Origin: Alphaproteobacteria bacterium
GTDB taxonomy: Bacteria; Pseudomonadota; Alphaproteobacteria; GCA-2731375
NCBI GenBank assembly: GCA_965232515.1
Contig: CBDDPY010000002.1
Location: 6,816,001 to 6,880,000 of the forward strand
Reading direction: 5' to 3'
DNA: 64,000 bases
The translations under genes and the position numbers were made by a program. Position 1 is the first letter of the stretch, and each line of letters begins with the position of its first letter. The notes below the pieces were generated by a model, which was not told the DNA's origin, did not search any database, and was given only the letters and a program-made list of their open reading frames with translations. Shown here piece after piece: positions 30,271-41,575 of the stretch.

Positions 30271-31205
30271 CGGCCGCGCTCCCGCGCGCCGACGCGGACG
30301 CGCGGATCGAGCCAGCCATAGGCGAGGTCGACCAGCAGGTTGGCGGTGACCATGGTTATTGCCACCAGCACGACGATGCCCTGGACGACGGCGAGGTCGC
30401 GGTCGCCGACGGCACTGGTCAGCAGCCGGCCGACGCCGGGCCAGGCGAAGACGTTCTCGGTGACGACGGCGCCGCCGATAATAGCGCCGATATAGAAGCC
30501 GACGACGGTGACCACGGGGATCGCGGCATTCGGAAAGGCGTGCAGCCAGATCCGGCGCGACAGCGACGCGCCCTCGGCTTCCGCCGTGCGCATATAGTCG
30601 CGCGACAGCACCTCGAGCATGGCCGAGCGGGTGAAGCGGGCGAGCGAGCCCGCGAACGCGGTGGCGAGCGTGAACACGGGCATGATCATGTGTTCCCAGG
30701 TACCGTAGCCCGAGCTGGGCAGCAGGCGGAGCTGCAGCGCGAACAGCAGGATCAAGAGGATGCCGAGAAAGAAGTTCGGCATCGAGAAGCCCAGCACCGA
30801 GATCGACATGGCGATGCGGTCGACCCAGCTGTCGCGCCAGATCGCTGCCAGCACGCCGAGCGGGATGCCGATCAGAAGCGCGGCGAGAATGGTTGCGGCG
30901 CCGAGCTCGAGCGTCTTCGGGACGCGCTGCATGATCAGGTCGAGCGCCGGATCGTTGTTGCGGAAGGAGACGCCAAAATCGCCCTGCAACGCGGCCTGGA
31001 AATAGCGCAGATACTGCTCCCACAACGGCCGGTCGAGGCCCCAGGCGGCGCGGTAATAGTCGACGATCTGCGGCGAGACGTCGTCGGGCAGAAGCTGGTC
31101 CGTCGGATCGCCGGTCAGCCGCAGCACGATGAACACGAAGGTCACGACCAGCCAGAGCGTGAACAGCGCGCGCAGCAGCTTGGTGGCGACGTAGCGCAGG
31201 CTCAT
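30267..31205 (-). CDS. Peptide-family ABC permease (DppB/AccD-like)
   Basis: GLDRPLWEQY, GDFGVSF, RFTRSAMLEVL, FAWPGVGRL. Confidence 0.92.
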   Translation of the reverse strand: MSLRYVATKLLRALFTLWLVVTFVFIVLRLTGDPTDQLLPDDVSPQIVDYYRAAWGLDRPLWEQYLRYFQAALQGDFGVSFRNNDPALDLIMQRVPKTLELGAATILAALLIGIPLGVLAAIWRDSWVDRIAMSISVLGFSMPNFFLGILLILLFALQLRLLPSSGYGTWEHMIMPVFTLATAFAGSLARFTRSAMLEVLSRDYMRTAEAEGASLSRRIWLHAFPNAAIPVVTVVGFYIGAIIGGAVVTENVFAWPGVGRLLTSAVGDRDLAVVQGIVVLVAITMVTANLLVDLAYGWLDPRVRVGARERGR

Positions 31206-32185
31206 GCCAGCGCCTCGGCGTGGTGGCAGGCGACCGTGCCGCCGTCATCGAGCCTGCGCATTTCGGGCCGTTCGCGGCCACAGATGTCGGTGGCGAACGG
31301 GCAGCGCGGATGCAGCGCGCAACCGGGTGGCGGGGCGAGCGGACTGGGCGCTTCGCCGTGCAGGTGGACGGGCGGCCAGTCGGGCCGGCGGCGGGCGCGG
31401 GCGACCGGCACCGCGTCGATCAGGGCGCGGGTATAGGGGTGGCGCGGGCGGGTGAAGAGCGCGGCGCGCGGGGCCAGCTCGACGATGCGGCCGAGATACA
31501 TGACCGCGACCCGGTCGGCGACGTGGCGCACGAGGCTAAGGTCGTGCGAGATGAAGAGGTAGGCGAGGCCGAGCTCGCGCTGCAGGTCGCGCAGCAGGTT
31601 GACCACCTGGGCCTGGACCGAGACGTCGAGGGCGGCGACGGGCTCGTCACAGACGACGAGCCGCGGCTTCAGCATCAGGGCGCGTGCGATGACGGCGCGC
31701 TGCTGCTGGCCGCCGGAGAGCTCGTGCGGGTAGCGGCCGGCGAGATCGCCGTCGAGACCGACGGCGGCCAGCATCAGTCGCGCCTTGTCGAGACGGTCTT
31801 GCGGCTGCCCGACGCCATGGATTTCCAGCCCTTCCGCCACTTGCCGGTCGATGCGCAGGCGTGGGTCGAGGGCGCTACGGCTGTCCTGAAAGATAAGCTG
31901 CATGTCGCGCCGGCGGGCTCGCCAACGGGTATCGTCGGCCTCGTCAAGGGGCGCGTCGTCGAACAGCACACGGCCAGCGCTGGGCGCCAGCAGATTCAAG
32001 ACCAGGTTGCCGACGGTCGACTTGCCGCAGCCGCTCTCGCCGACGATCGCCAGGGTCTCGCCGGCGGCAAGCTCGAAGGAGACCCCGTCGACCGCGACCA
32101 GGTCGCGGCGCCTGCCGAAGACCCAGTCGCGCGGCACCGGAAAGCGTTTGGTCAGGTCCTCGACCCGCAACATCGCCGTGGCCAT
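31202..32185 (-). CDS. Peptide-family ABC ATPase (DppF/AccC-like)
   Basis: [21 protein letters not shown], Cys-rich C-terminus. Confidence 0.92.
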   Translation of the reverse strand: MATAMLRVEDLTKRFPVPRDWVFGRRRDLVAVDGVSFELAAGETLAIVGESGCGKSTVGNLVLNLLAPSAGRVLFDDAPLDEADDTRWRARRRDMQLIFQDSRSALDPRLRIDRQVAEGLEIHGVGQPQDRLDKARLMLAAVGLDGDLAGRYPHELSGGQQQRAVIARALMLKPRLVVCDEPVAALDVSVQAQVVNLLRDLQRELGLAYLFISHDLSLVRHVADRVAVMYLGRIVELAPRAALFTRPRHPYTRALIDAVPVARARRRPDWPPVHLHGEAPSPLAPPPGCALHPRCPFATDICGRERPEMRRLDDGGTVACHHAEALA

Positions 32186-32187
32186 GG

Positions 32188-33192
32188 TCAGGCGGCCGCG
32201 GTTTCAACGGCAAGCGGGTGATGGCAGGCGATCTGGCCACTGTCGGTCGCGGCGAGGTCGGGCGTCTCGACGCCGCAGCGGTCCGAGCGCCGGGCGCAGC
32301 GTGGGGCGAAGGCGCAACCCGGCGGCATGGCGGTGAGCGGCGGCACCGCGCCCTCGATGGGACTGAGCCGCGGCACGTCCTCGTCGATCAGCGGCAGGGA
32401 GTCGAGCAGGCCGCGGGTATAGGGATGGCGCGGTCGCGCGAACAGCGCGTCGGCGGGGCCGGTCTCGACCACGCGGCCGGCATACATGATCGCCACGCGG
32501 TCGGCCATGCGGGCGACCAGGCCGAGGTCGTGGGTGACGAACAGCATGGCCATGCCGATCTCGCGCTGCAGGCGCGACAGCAGATCGAGGATCTGGGCCT
32601 GCACGGTGACGTCCAGCGCGGTCGTCGGCTCGTCGGCGAGCAGCAGCCTCGGGTCGCCGGCGATCGCCATGGCGATCATCACGCGCTGCTGCTGGCCGCC
32701 GGAGAGCTGATGCGGGTAGTCGCGCGCGCGCCGTCGGGGCTCGGGAATGCCGACGAGGTCGAGCAGCTCGACGGCCTTGTCCCGGGCCCGGCGCCGGGGC
32801 GCGCGGGTGCGGATCTGATAGGCCTCGGCGACCTGCCAGCCGACGCTGCGCACGGGGTTGAGCCCGGTCATCGGGTTCTGGAAGATCATGCCGACGCCCT
32901 GCGACAGGCAGCGGCGCATCGCGGGATCGCCGCCGTCGAGGGCGTGGCCCTGAAACCGGATGACGCCGCCGGCCATCGACACCGGCGCGCCGAGCAGACC
33001 CATGACGGCAAGGCAGGTCAGCGTCTTGCCGCAGCCGCTTTCGCCGACGAGACCCAGCGTTTCGCCCGCGCCAACGCGCAGGCTGACGTCGCGCACGGGA
33101 AAGACCTGACCGTCCGGATGCGCGATCCGGACGGTCAGGCCGTCAACGTCGAGGACAGGGTCCAAAACGGCCGGTCGGTCGTTACTGTCCAA
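32188..33192 (-). CDS. Peptide-family ABC ATPase (DppD/AccB-like)
   Basis: [26 protein letters not shown]. Confidence 0.92.
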   Translation of the reverse strand: MDSNDRPAVLDPVLDVDGLTVRIAHPDGQVFPVRDVSLRVGAGETLGLVGESGCGKTLTCLAVMGLLGAPVSMAGGVIRFQGHALDGGDPAMRRCLSQGVGMIFQNPMTGLNPVRSVGWQVAEAYQIRTRAPRRRARDKAVELLDLVGIPEPRRRARDYPHQLSGGQQQRVMIAMAIAGDPRLLLADEPTTALDVTVQAQILDLLSRLQREIGMAMLFVTHDLGLVARMADRVAIMYAGRVVETGPADALFARPRHPYTRGLLDSLPLIDEDVPRLSPIEGAVPPLTAMPPGCAFAPRCARRSDRCGVETPDLAATDSGQIACHHPLAVETAAA

Positions 33193-34744
33193 AGCTGAGA
33201 TTGTAGGGCCGGAAGTCCATGTAGTAGAGCGAGTAGGGCTTCCACGCGATGGACTTCTTCAGGGCGTAGGTTTCCAGCGGGTTGTACAGCATCGTGCCCG
33301 GCGCTTCGTCCATCCAGATGTCGAGCGCCTCGCGGTAGGCCGCCTGGCGGGCGGTCATGTCGGTCTCGGACTCGATTCTGCGATGCAGCTCGTTGAAGCG
33401 CGCGGGCGCCTTCCATTCCCGCTCGGGATATTTCTTGTTCCGCTGCACCCAGCCGAGATTGCCCCACTGCGGCACGAACGAGCCGAGCGGATCGGGCATG
33501 CGGTGGGTGTTGGACCAGGGCCGGATATGCGTGCCTTCCTGGTCGTTCACCAGCGACCAGTTCTCGACCGGCTCGACCTTCACGTTCAGGCCGACCTTCT
33601 TCCACATCTGCTGCATGGCCTGGGCCGCTTCCAGGCTGTTGAGGTAGTAGTTCAGCGGCAGGCGGTAGACGATCTCCTCGCCGTTGTAGGAGGACTCGTC
33701 CACCAGCGCCTTGGCCTTTTCCGGATCGAAGGTGAAGCCCGGATAGTCGTCCATATACATGACGTAGGACGGGAGCTGGTGGCCGTTCGGCGTGAAGTTC
33801 TTGTCGGCCCAGAGCGCCTGGCGCAGCAGGTCGCGGTCGATCGCCATCGACAGGGCCTGACGCACCTTCTTGTCCTGCATGAACGGCGCGTCCTGGAAGA
33901 AGACCAGCATGTGCGTGTTGTCGAGCACGATTTCCTCGACCCGCACGTCGTCGTAGCCCTGCAGCACCGGGATCTGATCCGGCGGCACGTTGACGATGAT
34001 GTCGAATTCGCCGCTGACCAGGCCGGCGATGCGGGCGGAGACTTCCGGCACCACCAGGAAGGTGATCGAGGCGGCCGTCGGCCGGCCGCCGAAATAGTCG
34101 TCGTGGGCGGCGAGCCGGACGTATTCGCCGTCGACATACTCGGCGATTCTGTAGGGACCGGTACCGACCGGCGCGCGGGTGAAGGCTTCCTTGCCCTGCA
34201 TCAGGTAGGCGCGGGCGTTGACGATCCAGCTGGCGTAGCCGGCCATGCGCTGTTCCAGCATCAGGTCGGGCACCTTGCTGACGATGCGCACGGTATAGCG
34301 GTCGACCTTTTCGGCATGGCTGATCGTCGCCATGAAGCGCTTGCCCGTGGCGGCCACCGGCTCTTCGCCGATCATCCGGCCCATGGTGTAGGTGAAGACG
34401 ACATCGTCGGCGGTCAGTTCGTCACCGTTGTGGAACCTGACGCCTTCGCGCAGCTTGAACTCGATCGTGGTCGGATCGATCCGCGTCCAGCTCTCGGCCA
34501 GACCCGGCTTCAACTCGGACGCCCGGCCCTCGCCGTCGGCCAGAAAGTCGCGGCGGATCAGCGAATCGAACATGGAATAGATGATGCGGACCTGGGTGTT
34601 GCCGAGGAACTCGGCCGGCTCGAGGGTGTCGGGGATGTCGTTGACGGCGACGACGAGATCCGGCCGGTCGTCCGCCAGCGACGGGCTCGACGCCAGCGCC
34701 AGAGCGATGACAGCGGCGGCCATCAGTCGAATGATGGATGTCAT
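33182..34744 (-). CDS. Family-5 substrate-binding protein, AccA (agrocinopine-binding)-like
   Basis: Signal peptide; [38 protein letters not shown] recall Agrobacterium AccA. Confidence 0.8.
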   Translation of the reverse strand: MTSIIRLMAAAVIALALASSPSLADDRPDLVVAVNDIPDTLEPAEFLGNTQVRIIYSMFDSLIRRDFLADGEGRASELKPGLAESWTRIDPTTIEFKLREGVRFHNGDELTADDVVFTYTMGRMIGEEPVAATGKRFMATISHAEKVDRYTVRIVSKVPDLMLEQRMAGYASWIVNARAYLMQGKEAFTRAPVGTGPYRIAEYVDGEYVRLAAHDDYFGGRPTAASITFLVVPEVSARIAGLVSGEFDIIVNVPPDQIPVLQGYDDVRVEEIVLDNTHMLVFFQDAPFMQDKKVRQALSMAIDRDLLRQALWADKNFTPNGHQLPSYVMYMDDYPGFTFDPEKAKALVDESSYNGEEIVYRLPLNYYLNSLEAAQAMQQMWKKVGLNVKVEPVENWSLVNDQEGTHIRPWSNTHRMPDPLGSFVPQWGNLGWVQRNKKYPEREWKAPARFNELHRRIESETDMTARQAAYREALDIWMDEAPGTMLYNPLETYALKKSIAWKPYSLYYMDFRPYNLSFGQ

Positions 34745-34801
34745 GGATTAAACTCCTTGTTGGGACGCCGACGGAGTCTGTTCGATGACGGTGCAAGATT
34801 T

Positions 34802-34862
34802 GTGATGTCCACATGAAGGTTTCGTTCCCATTCGGCGCGCGGCGATGACGGTTCCATGACGA
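34802..34862 (-). promoter_or_regulatory. Pho-box-like direct repeats
   Basis: Minus strand TCGTCAT-GGAA-CCGTCAT (34862-34845) and CCTTCAT-GTGG-ACATCAC (34819-34802), both with 11-bp period. Confidence 0.6.
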
Positions 34863-34886
34863 CGCGATCAACTTCCCGAGGTGGGC

Positions 34887-35123
34887 ATGGGTGAATCGAC
34901 CGGGAAGAATGTCGTTGTCAGATCCATCAATGCGGCCGACGGCGGACGCTGCGTGGACATCTTCCGACGGCCCGACGGCAGCTTCGGATTCGATGAGTTC
35001 CGGCGCGACGTCGAAGATGCCCGCGGTTGGTTTTCGATCGGTGGCTATGGGGATCGCGTGTTTGCCAGCGAAGACGCGGCATTGCGGGCGGCACGGTCGA
35101 CGATCGTCTGGTTGCGCCCTTAA
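34887..35123 (+). CDS. Small hypothetical protein
   Basis: RCVDIFRRPDGSFGFDEFRRDVED..GW; globular-looking composition; start 34881 or 34887. Confidence 0.7.
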   Translation: MGESTGKNVVVRSINAADGGRCVDIFRRPDGSFGFDEFRRDVEDARGWFSIGGYGDRVFASEDAALRAARSTIVWLRP

Positions 35124-35306
35124 GCAGCCGTTCGTGATGGATGTGTTCGCGCTGTATGCGCCGATTGCATAATTCAATACGCCTTTTGCATTGGCCCTGT
35201 TGTTGGCGACGTGGAACACTCGTTTCGTGCATTCATGGAGGGGTCGTGATCGTGCATTTGGCACTTGGCCCGCGACTCCATCCGACGCACCGGGGGAGGC
35301 CTGGCC

Positions 35307-36899
35307 ATGCTCGACATCATCCTTAAAGGCGGCGAGGTCCACGACGGCAGCGGCCAGCCGTCGTTCATCGGCGATATCGGCATCGAGGACGGCCGGATCG
35401 CGGCGCTGGGCCGGCTGGACGATGCCGAAGCGGACGAGGTGATCGACGTCGCCGGCCTTGCCGTCAGTCCCGGCTTCATCGACATCCACACCCATTCCGA
35501 CTTCACGCTGATGGTCAATGGCTGCGCCGAGAGCCAGGTGCACCAGGGCGTGACAACCGAGGTCGTCGGCCAGTGTGGCGTAAGCTGCGCGCCGGCCACC
35601 TGCGACCGCGATATCGAGGTCATGTCGCCGGGCTATGCGCCGGGGTGCGTCGATCTGGACTGGCGCAGCTTCGGCGATTATCTGGACCATCTCGAGGCGC
35701 GGGCGCTGGGCGTCAACGTGGTGGCGTTCGTCGGACACGGCACGATCCACCGGGCGGTGCTGGGCGACCAGCTGCGGCCGGCCAATCACGACGAGGTCCA
35801 GACCATGGCGCGCATGGTCGACGAGGCCATGGAGCAGGGCGCCGGCGGCCTGTCGACCGGCCTCGAATACTGGCCCGGCAGCGTCGCCGCGCCGGAACAT
35901 GTCGTGCCGCTGGTCGAGGTCGCGGCGAAGCACGATGCGCTCTACGCCACGCATGTGCGTAACCGGGATATCTACTACGACCTCGGCTTCGGCGAGGCCA
36001 TGGCGACGGCGCGGCTGGGCGGGGCCCGGCTGCAGATCTCGCATATCCAGCCCAAGTTCGGCGCGCCGGAATACGCCATGGAACATTCGATCGAGATGAT
36101 CGACAGCAACCGCCGGCACGGCGTCGACGTCGCCTTCGACGTCATCCCGCACGACTGGTCGCACACCGGCGTGGTCGCGAGCCTGCCGTCCTGGGCCCGC
36201 GAGGGCGGGGTGCCGGCCCTGCTGGACCGGCTGACGGACCCGGACACGCGCGAACGCATGAAGGTCAATCCGAAGCCGATCTGGCGCCTGGTGCCGGCCG
36301 GGCGCTGGGACGACATCGTGCTGCTGCGCTCGCAGGCCAATGCGGACTCCGTGGGCATGACCATCGCCGAGATCGGCAAGGCGCGCGGCAAGGACCCGTT
36401 CGACGCGGTCTTCGATCTGCTGCTGGAGGAAGGCCAGTATGTGAGCCAGCTGATGTGGACCTCACATTCCTTCAAGGACAGCGAGATCAAGCTCTGCCTG
36501 CAGCAGCCGCACTGCGCCGTCATGTCGGACACGCTGGCGCTGGCGCCCTACGGCGAGCTGAAGGACCATATCGGCTCGCTGGCCGGCTATGGCTGGGCCG
36601 CGCGCTTCCTGCAGACCTATGTCCGCGACGACAAGGTGATGCCGTTGGCCGAGGGCATCCGGCGCCTGACCTCGCTGCCGGCCGAGCGCCTGGGTCTGCG
36701 CGACCGCGGCCGGCTGCAACCGGGGCACTGGGCCGACATCACGGTCTTCGATCCGCAGGCCATCGCCAGCCACTGCACGGTCAAGGAGCCGCGCCGCTAT
36801 GCCACCGGCATCGCGCATGTGCTGGTCAACGGCGAGCTGGCCATGCGCGACGGCGCGCGCCAGCAGAGCAACACCGGCAGCGTCCTGCGCCGCCGCTGA
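35307..36899 (+). CDS. N-acyl-D-amino-acid deacylase (amidohydrolase)
   Basis: PGFIDIHTHSD, QGVTTEVVGQCG, YATHVR, LQISH, ADITVFDP; ATG 35307 after GGGGGAGG. Confidence 0.9.
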   Translation: MLDIILKGGEVHDGSGQPSFIGDIGIEDGRIAALGRLDDAEADEVIDVAGLAVSPGFIDIHTHSDFTLMVNGCAESQVHQGVTTEVVGQCGVSCAPATCDRDIEVMSPGYAPGCVDLDWRSFGDYLDHLEARALGVNVVAFVGHGTIHRAVLGDQLRPANHDEVQTMARMVDEAMEQGAGGLSTGLEYWPGSVAAPEHVVPLVEVAAKHDALYATHVRNRDIYYDLGFGEAMATARLGGARLQISHIQPKFGAPEYAMEHSIEMIDSNRRHGVDVAFDVIPHDWSHTGVVASLPSWAREGGVPALLDRLTDPDTRERMKVNPKPIWRLVPAGRWDDIVLLRSQANADSVGMTIAEIGKARGKDPFDAVFDLLLEEGQYVSQLMWTSHSFKDSEIKLCLQQPHCAVMSDTLALAPYGELKDHIGSLAGYGWAARFLQTYVRDDKVMPLAEGIRRLTSLPAERLGLRDRGRLQPGHWADITVFDPQAIASHCTVKEPRRYATGIAHVLVNGELAMRDGARQQSNTGSVLRRR

Positions 36900-37010
36900 A
36901 CCCGGCGCCGGGCGCCGGCATGTGGAGATGAATCAACGGAACGCGGGATCCGACGGCATAACGAAACATAACCAGTCACGTCACGTGACGCGGCACTTGG
37001 GAGGTTGTCG

Positions 37011-38582
37011 ATGAAATACCTAGCAGCAGCACTCGCACTCATGATGGCGGCACTGCCGGCCGTGGCCGCCGACGCACCGCGCCGCGGCGGCACCATGGTT
37101 TACCTTTCGGGCAAGATGCCCAGCCTCGATCCGCTGCACGGCCAGTATAATGTCGGCCTGGTGTCGTCGAACATCTTCGCCAGCCTGACGCGGCTGAACG
37201 AGAACAACGAGGTCAGTCCCTATCTCGCAGAATCCTATACGGTGTCGGATGACGGCCTGACCTACACCTTCAACCTGGCGAAGAACGCGAAGTTCCACGA
37301 CGGCCAGCCCGTCACGTCGGCCGACGTCGCCTTTTCGCTCGGCATCATTCAGGAGAACCACCGCTTCGGCAAACAGATGTTCGGCCCGATCGAGAAGGTG
37401 GAGACGCCGGACGACCACACCGTGATCTTCCGGCTGTCGCAGCCGCACGGTCCGGTGCTGCTGGCGGCGACGACGCCGCGGCAACTGCCGATCCTGCCGA
37501 AGCACGTCTATGGCGTCGGCGGCGAGTACAAGACCCATCCCGCGCACAAGAATCCCGTCGGTTCCGGTCCGTTCCGCCTGAAGGAGCGGAAGATCGGCGA
37601 GTACGTGCTGCTGGAGCGGGACGAGAACCATTTCCGCGAGGGCTTCCCCTATCTCGACCAAATCATCATGCGGGTGGTCACCGACAAGACCGCCATGCGC
37701 GTCGGCCTGCGGCAGAAGCAGTTTCACCTGGCGAACGTGGCGGCGACGATGCGCTTCGGCGACATCAAGAATTTCACGAAGATCCCGCATCTGCAGGCCA
37801 CCAAGGTGGTCAGCCCGTCCGGCGGCGGCGCCATTCTGGAGTTCAATCACCGGATCGAACACCTGGCCAACAAGAAGGTCCGGCAGGCCATCGCGCACGC
37901 GGTCGACAACGACTACATCTCGAACGTGTTCCATGCCGGTTGGACCCAGCCGGCCGTGGGGCCGATGCCGAAGACCAACATCTTCTTCGACCCCAGCCTG
38001 AAGGGACGCGCGTTCGACGTCGCGCTGGCGAACAAGCTGTTGGACGAAGCCGGCTATCCGCGACAGTCGGACGGCACCCGGTTCGAGCTGAAGGTGCTGT
38101 ACATCGCGCCGCCGCACAATCCTGATGTGCAGATCGTGATCGCAGAATATCTCGCCGTCGCCTTGAAGGAGGTCGGCATCAAGGTCGTGCAGGAGCCCAT
38201 GCCCGGCGCCGCGGCCTGGTCGAAGCGCATGGCCGACTGGAACTACGAGTCGTCGATCATCCTCGCCGGCGACAAGATCGATCCCGCCATCGGCATCGGC
38301 CGGCTCTATGTCTGCAACAACATCCGGCATCAGGCCTATACGAACACGTCCGGATACTGCAATGAGGGCGTGGACAAGCTGTTCGCCGCGGCCGCGCAGG
38401 AATCGAATTTCGAGAAGCGGAAGTCGATCTACAATGAGGTGCAGGCGCTGCTGGTGCAGGAGATGCCGCTGTTCTGGCTGACCGACGGCAGCCCGGTCTT
38501 CCTGCACCACAAGGACCTGTACTTCCCGCCCTATGGCTATGGCGAGTTCTGGGACGAAGTGTACTGGAAGAAGGCGCAATAG
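37011..38582 (+). CDS. Family-5 ABC substrate-binding protein
   Basis: Signal peptide, LAESYTVSDDGLTYTF, KFHDGQPVTSADV, VGSGPF. Confidence 0.9.
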   Translation: MKYLAAALALMMAALPAVAADAPRRGGTMVYLSGKMPSLDPLHGQYNVGLVSSNIFASLTRLNENNEVSPYLAESYTVSDDGLTYTFNLAKNAKFHDGQPVTSADVAFSLGIIQENHRFGKQMFGPIEKVETPDDHTVIFRLSQPHGPVLLAATTPRQLPILPKHVYGVGGEYKTHPAHKNPVGSGPFRLKERKIGEYVLLERDENHFREGFPYLDQIIMRVVTDKTAMRVGLRQKQFHLANVAATMRFGDIKNFTKIPHLQATKVVSPSGGGAILEFNHRIEHLANKKVRQAIAHAVDNDYISNVFHAGWTQPAVGPMPKTNIFFDPSLKGRAFDVALANKLLDEAGYPRQSDGTRFELKVLYIAPPHNPDVQIVIAEYLAVALKEVGIKVVQEPMPGAAAWSKRMADWNYESSIILAGDKIDPAIGIGRLYVCNNIRHQAYTNTSGYCNEGVDKLFAAAAQESNFEKRKSIYNEVQALLVQEMPLFWLTDGSPVFLHHKDLYFPPYGYGEFWDEVYWKKAQ

Positions 38583-38674
38583 CCGCTTGCCTGCCGTCGT
38601 CTGTCCGGGCGGCGGCGTGGACGGGGCCGCACTCGTCCGCGCCGCCGCCGCGCATCTTTGAGCGGCGTTGACCG

Positions 38675-39646
38675 ATGTCGACCGCGATCGCCCAACGCAT
38701 CCTCTACGGGCTGCTGCTGCTGATTGCCGTCATCACGCTCAACTTCCTGCTGATCCAGGCGGCGCCCGGCGACGTGGTCGACGTGCTGCTGACCGAGGCC
38801 GGCGGCGGCGATCCGGCGGTAGCGGCGCAGATCCGCGCGGCCTATGGGCTCGACCAGCCGATCTACGTGCAGCTCTTCACCTATCTGGCGAAGATGGTGA
38901 GCGGGGATCTGGGCTATTCCTACTATTTCGACGAGCCGGTGCTGTCGCTGCTGCTCGACGCCCTGCCGGCGACGGTGATGCTGGTCGTGTCGGCGCTGCT
39001 GCTGGCCATGGTTATCGGCACGCTGCTCGGCGTCATCGCGGCCCTGAGGCCGCAGGGCCTGTCGAGCCACATCGTGACCGTGTTGTCGCTGCTGGGCTAC
39101 GCCACGCCGGTATTCTGGCTGGGCATGATGGTGCTGCTGCTGTTCGCGCAGTATCTGCCGCTGTTCCCGGCCTTCGGCATGCGCACCATTCCGGTGCCCG
39201 ATACGGCATTGGGCCGGGCGCTCGACGTGCTGCATCACATGGTGCTGCCGACCTTCACGCTGTCGATCCTGTATCTCGCCTCCTACAGCCGGTTGTCGCG
39301 GGCCTCGATGCTCGATGTGCTGGGTGCGGACTACATTCGCACCGCGCGTTCGAAGGGCCTGGCCGAATATGTCGTCATCTTCAAACACGCGCTGAAGAAC
39401 GCGGCCCTGCCGATCGTGACCATCGCCGGCCTGCAGGTGGGCTCGGTGTTCTCGGGCGCGGTGCTGGTCGAGACCGTGTTCAGCCTGCCCGGCGTCGGAC
39501 CGCTGCTCTATGAATCGATCCTGCGGCGCGACTATCCCGTCATGCTGGGCGTGCTGTTCGGCGCGGCGGTGACGACGGTCGTCGCCAACATCATCACCGA
39601 TCTGGTCTACCGCGTGCTGGATCCGCGGATCCGGGGGATCTCGTAG
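38675..39646 (+). CDS. Peptide-family ABC permease (DppB-like)
   Basis: APGD, YGLDQP, DYIRTARSKGL, RRDYPV. Confidence 0.92.
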   Translation: MSTAIAQRILYGLLLLIAVITLNFLLIQAAPGDVVDVLLTEAGGGDPAVAAQIRAAYGLDQPIYVQLFTYLAKMVSGDLGYSYYFDEPVLSLLLDALPATVMLVVSALLLAMVIGTLLGVIAALRPQGLSSHIVTVLSLLGYATPVFWLGMMVLLLFAQYLPLFPAFGMRTIPVPDTALGRALDVLHHMVLPTFTLSILYLASYSRLSRASMLDVLGADYIRTARSKGLAEYVVIFKHALKNAALPIVTIAGLQVGSVFSGAVLVETVFSLPGVGPLLYESILRRDYPVMLGVLFGAAVTTVVANIITDLVYRVLDPRIRGIS

Positions 39647-40545
39647 TGGCCGAAGCGCACGAGCCGCAGGACCTGCCTGTCCGGTTCGAGGACGAGGCGG
39701 ATGTGCCCGAGGTCCAGTGGCGGGTCACGCTCGGCATGTTCTACGCCAACAAGGCGGCAGTGCTGGGCGTTGTCGTACTCGCCATCATTCTGATCGTCGG
39801 CCTGTTCGGCCCGCTTGTCATGCAAGCCGATCCTTTCGCAATCGTCGGCGCGCCGCTGACGGAACCGGGCGAGATCAGGCTGCTGGGCACGGACTATCTG
39901 GGCCGCGACATCTTTGCCGGCATGATCTACGGCACCCGGCCGACGCTGATCGTGGCGCTGACGGCGACGGCCTTCACGGTGGTGATCGGCATCTCGGTCG
40001 GGGCGCTGGCCGGATTCTATGGCGGCAAGATCGACAACCTGCTGATGCGCATCACCGAGTTCTTTCAGGTACTGCCGCCGCTGGTCTTCGCCATGGTCAT
40101 CGTCGCCATCATGGGCACCCATTTCGTCACGGTGATCGTGGCCATCGCCGTTACCACCTGGACCAATCTCGCCCGCCTGACCCGGGCCGAGTTCCTGAAA
40201 ATCAAGGAGCGCGAATTCGTCCTGGCGGACAGGGCCATCGGCGTGCGCGACAGCAAGCTGATCCTGCGGGTGCTGCTGCCCAACGCGCTGCCGCCGCTGA
40301 TCATCGCGGTGACGCTGCAGACCGGGTTGACCATCATCTATGAGGCCGCGCTCAGCTTCCTGGGCCTGACCGATCCCGACATCATGACCTGGGGCAAGAT
40401 GATCGGCCTGTCGCGCGACTTCTTCTTCGACGCCTGGTGGTCGGTGACGTTTCCGGGCCTGGCGATCCTGTTGACGACGTTGTGCATCGCGTTGATCGGC
40501 GACGGCCTGAACGACGCCTTCAATCCGCGGCTGCGCGGACGTTGA
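39646..40545 (+). CDS. Peptide-family ABC permease (DppC-like)
   Basis: LGTDYLGRD, LLPNALPP, LSFLGL, GDGLNDAFNP. Confidence 0.92.
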   Translation: MAEAHEPQDLPVRFEDEADVPEVQWRVTLGMFYANKAAVLGVVVLAIILIVGLFGPLVMQADPFAIVGAPLTEPGEIRLLGTDYLGRDIFAGMIYGTRPTLIVALTATAFTVVIGISVGALAGFYGGKIDNLLMRITEFFQVLPPLVFAMVIVAIMGTHFVTVIVAIAVTTWTNLARLTRAEFLKIKEREFVLADRAIGVRDSKLILRVLLPNALPPLIIAVTLQTGLTIIYEAALSFLGLTDPDIMTWGKMIGLSRDFFFDAWWSVTFPGLAILLTTLCIALIGDGLNDAFNPRLRGR

Positions 40546-40555
40546 GGCGCTGGGC

Positions 40556-41571
<1,016 letters not shown>

Positions 41572-41575
<4 letters not shown>

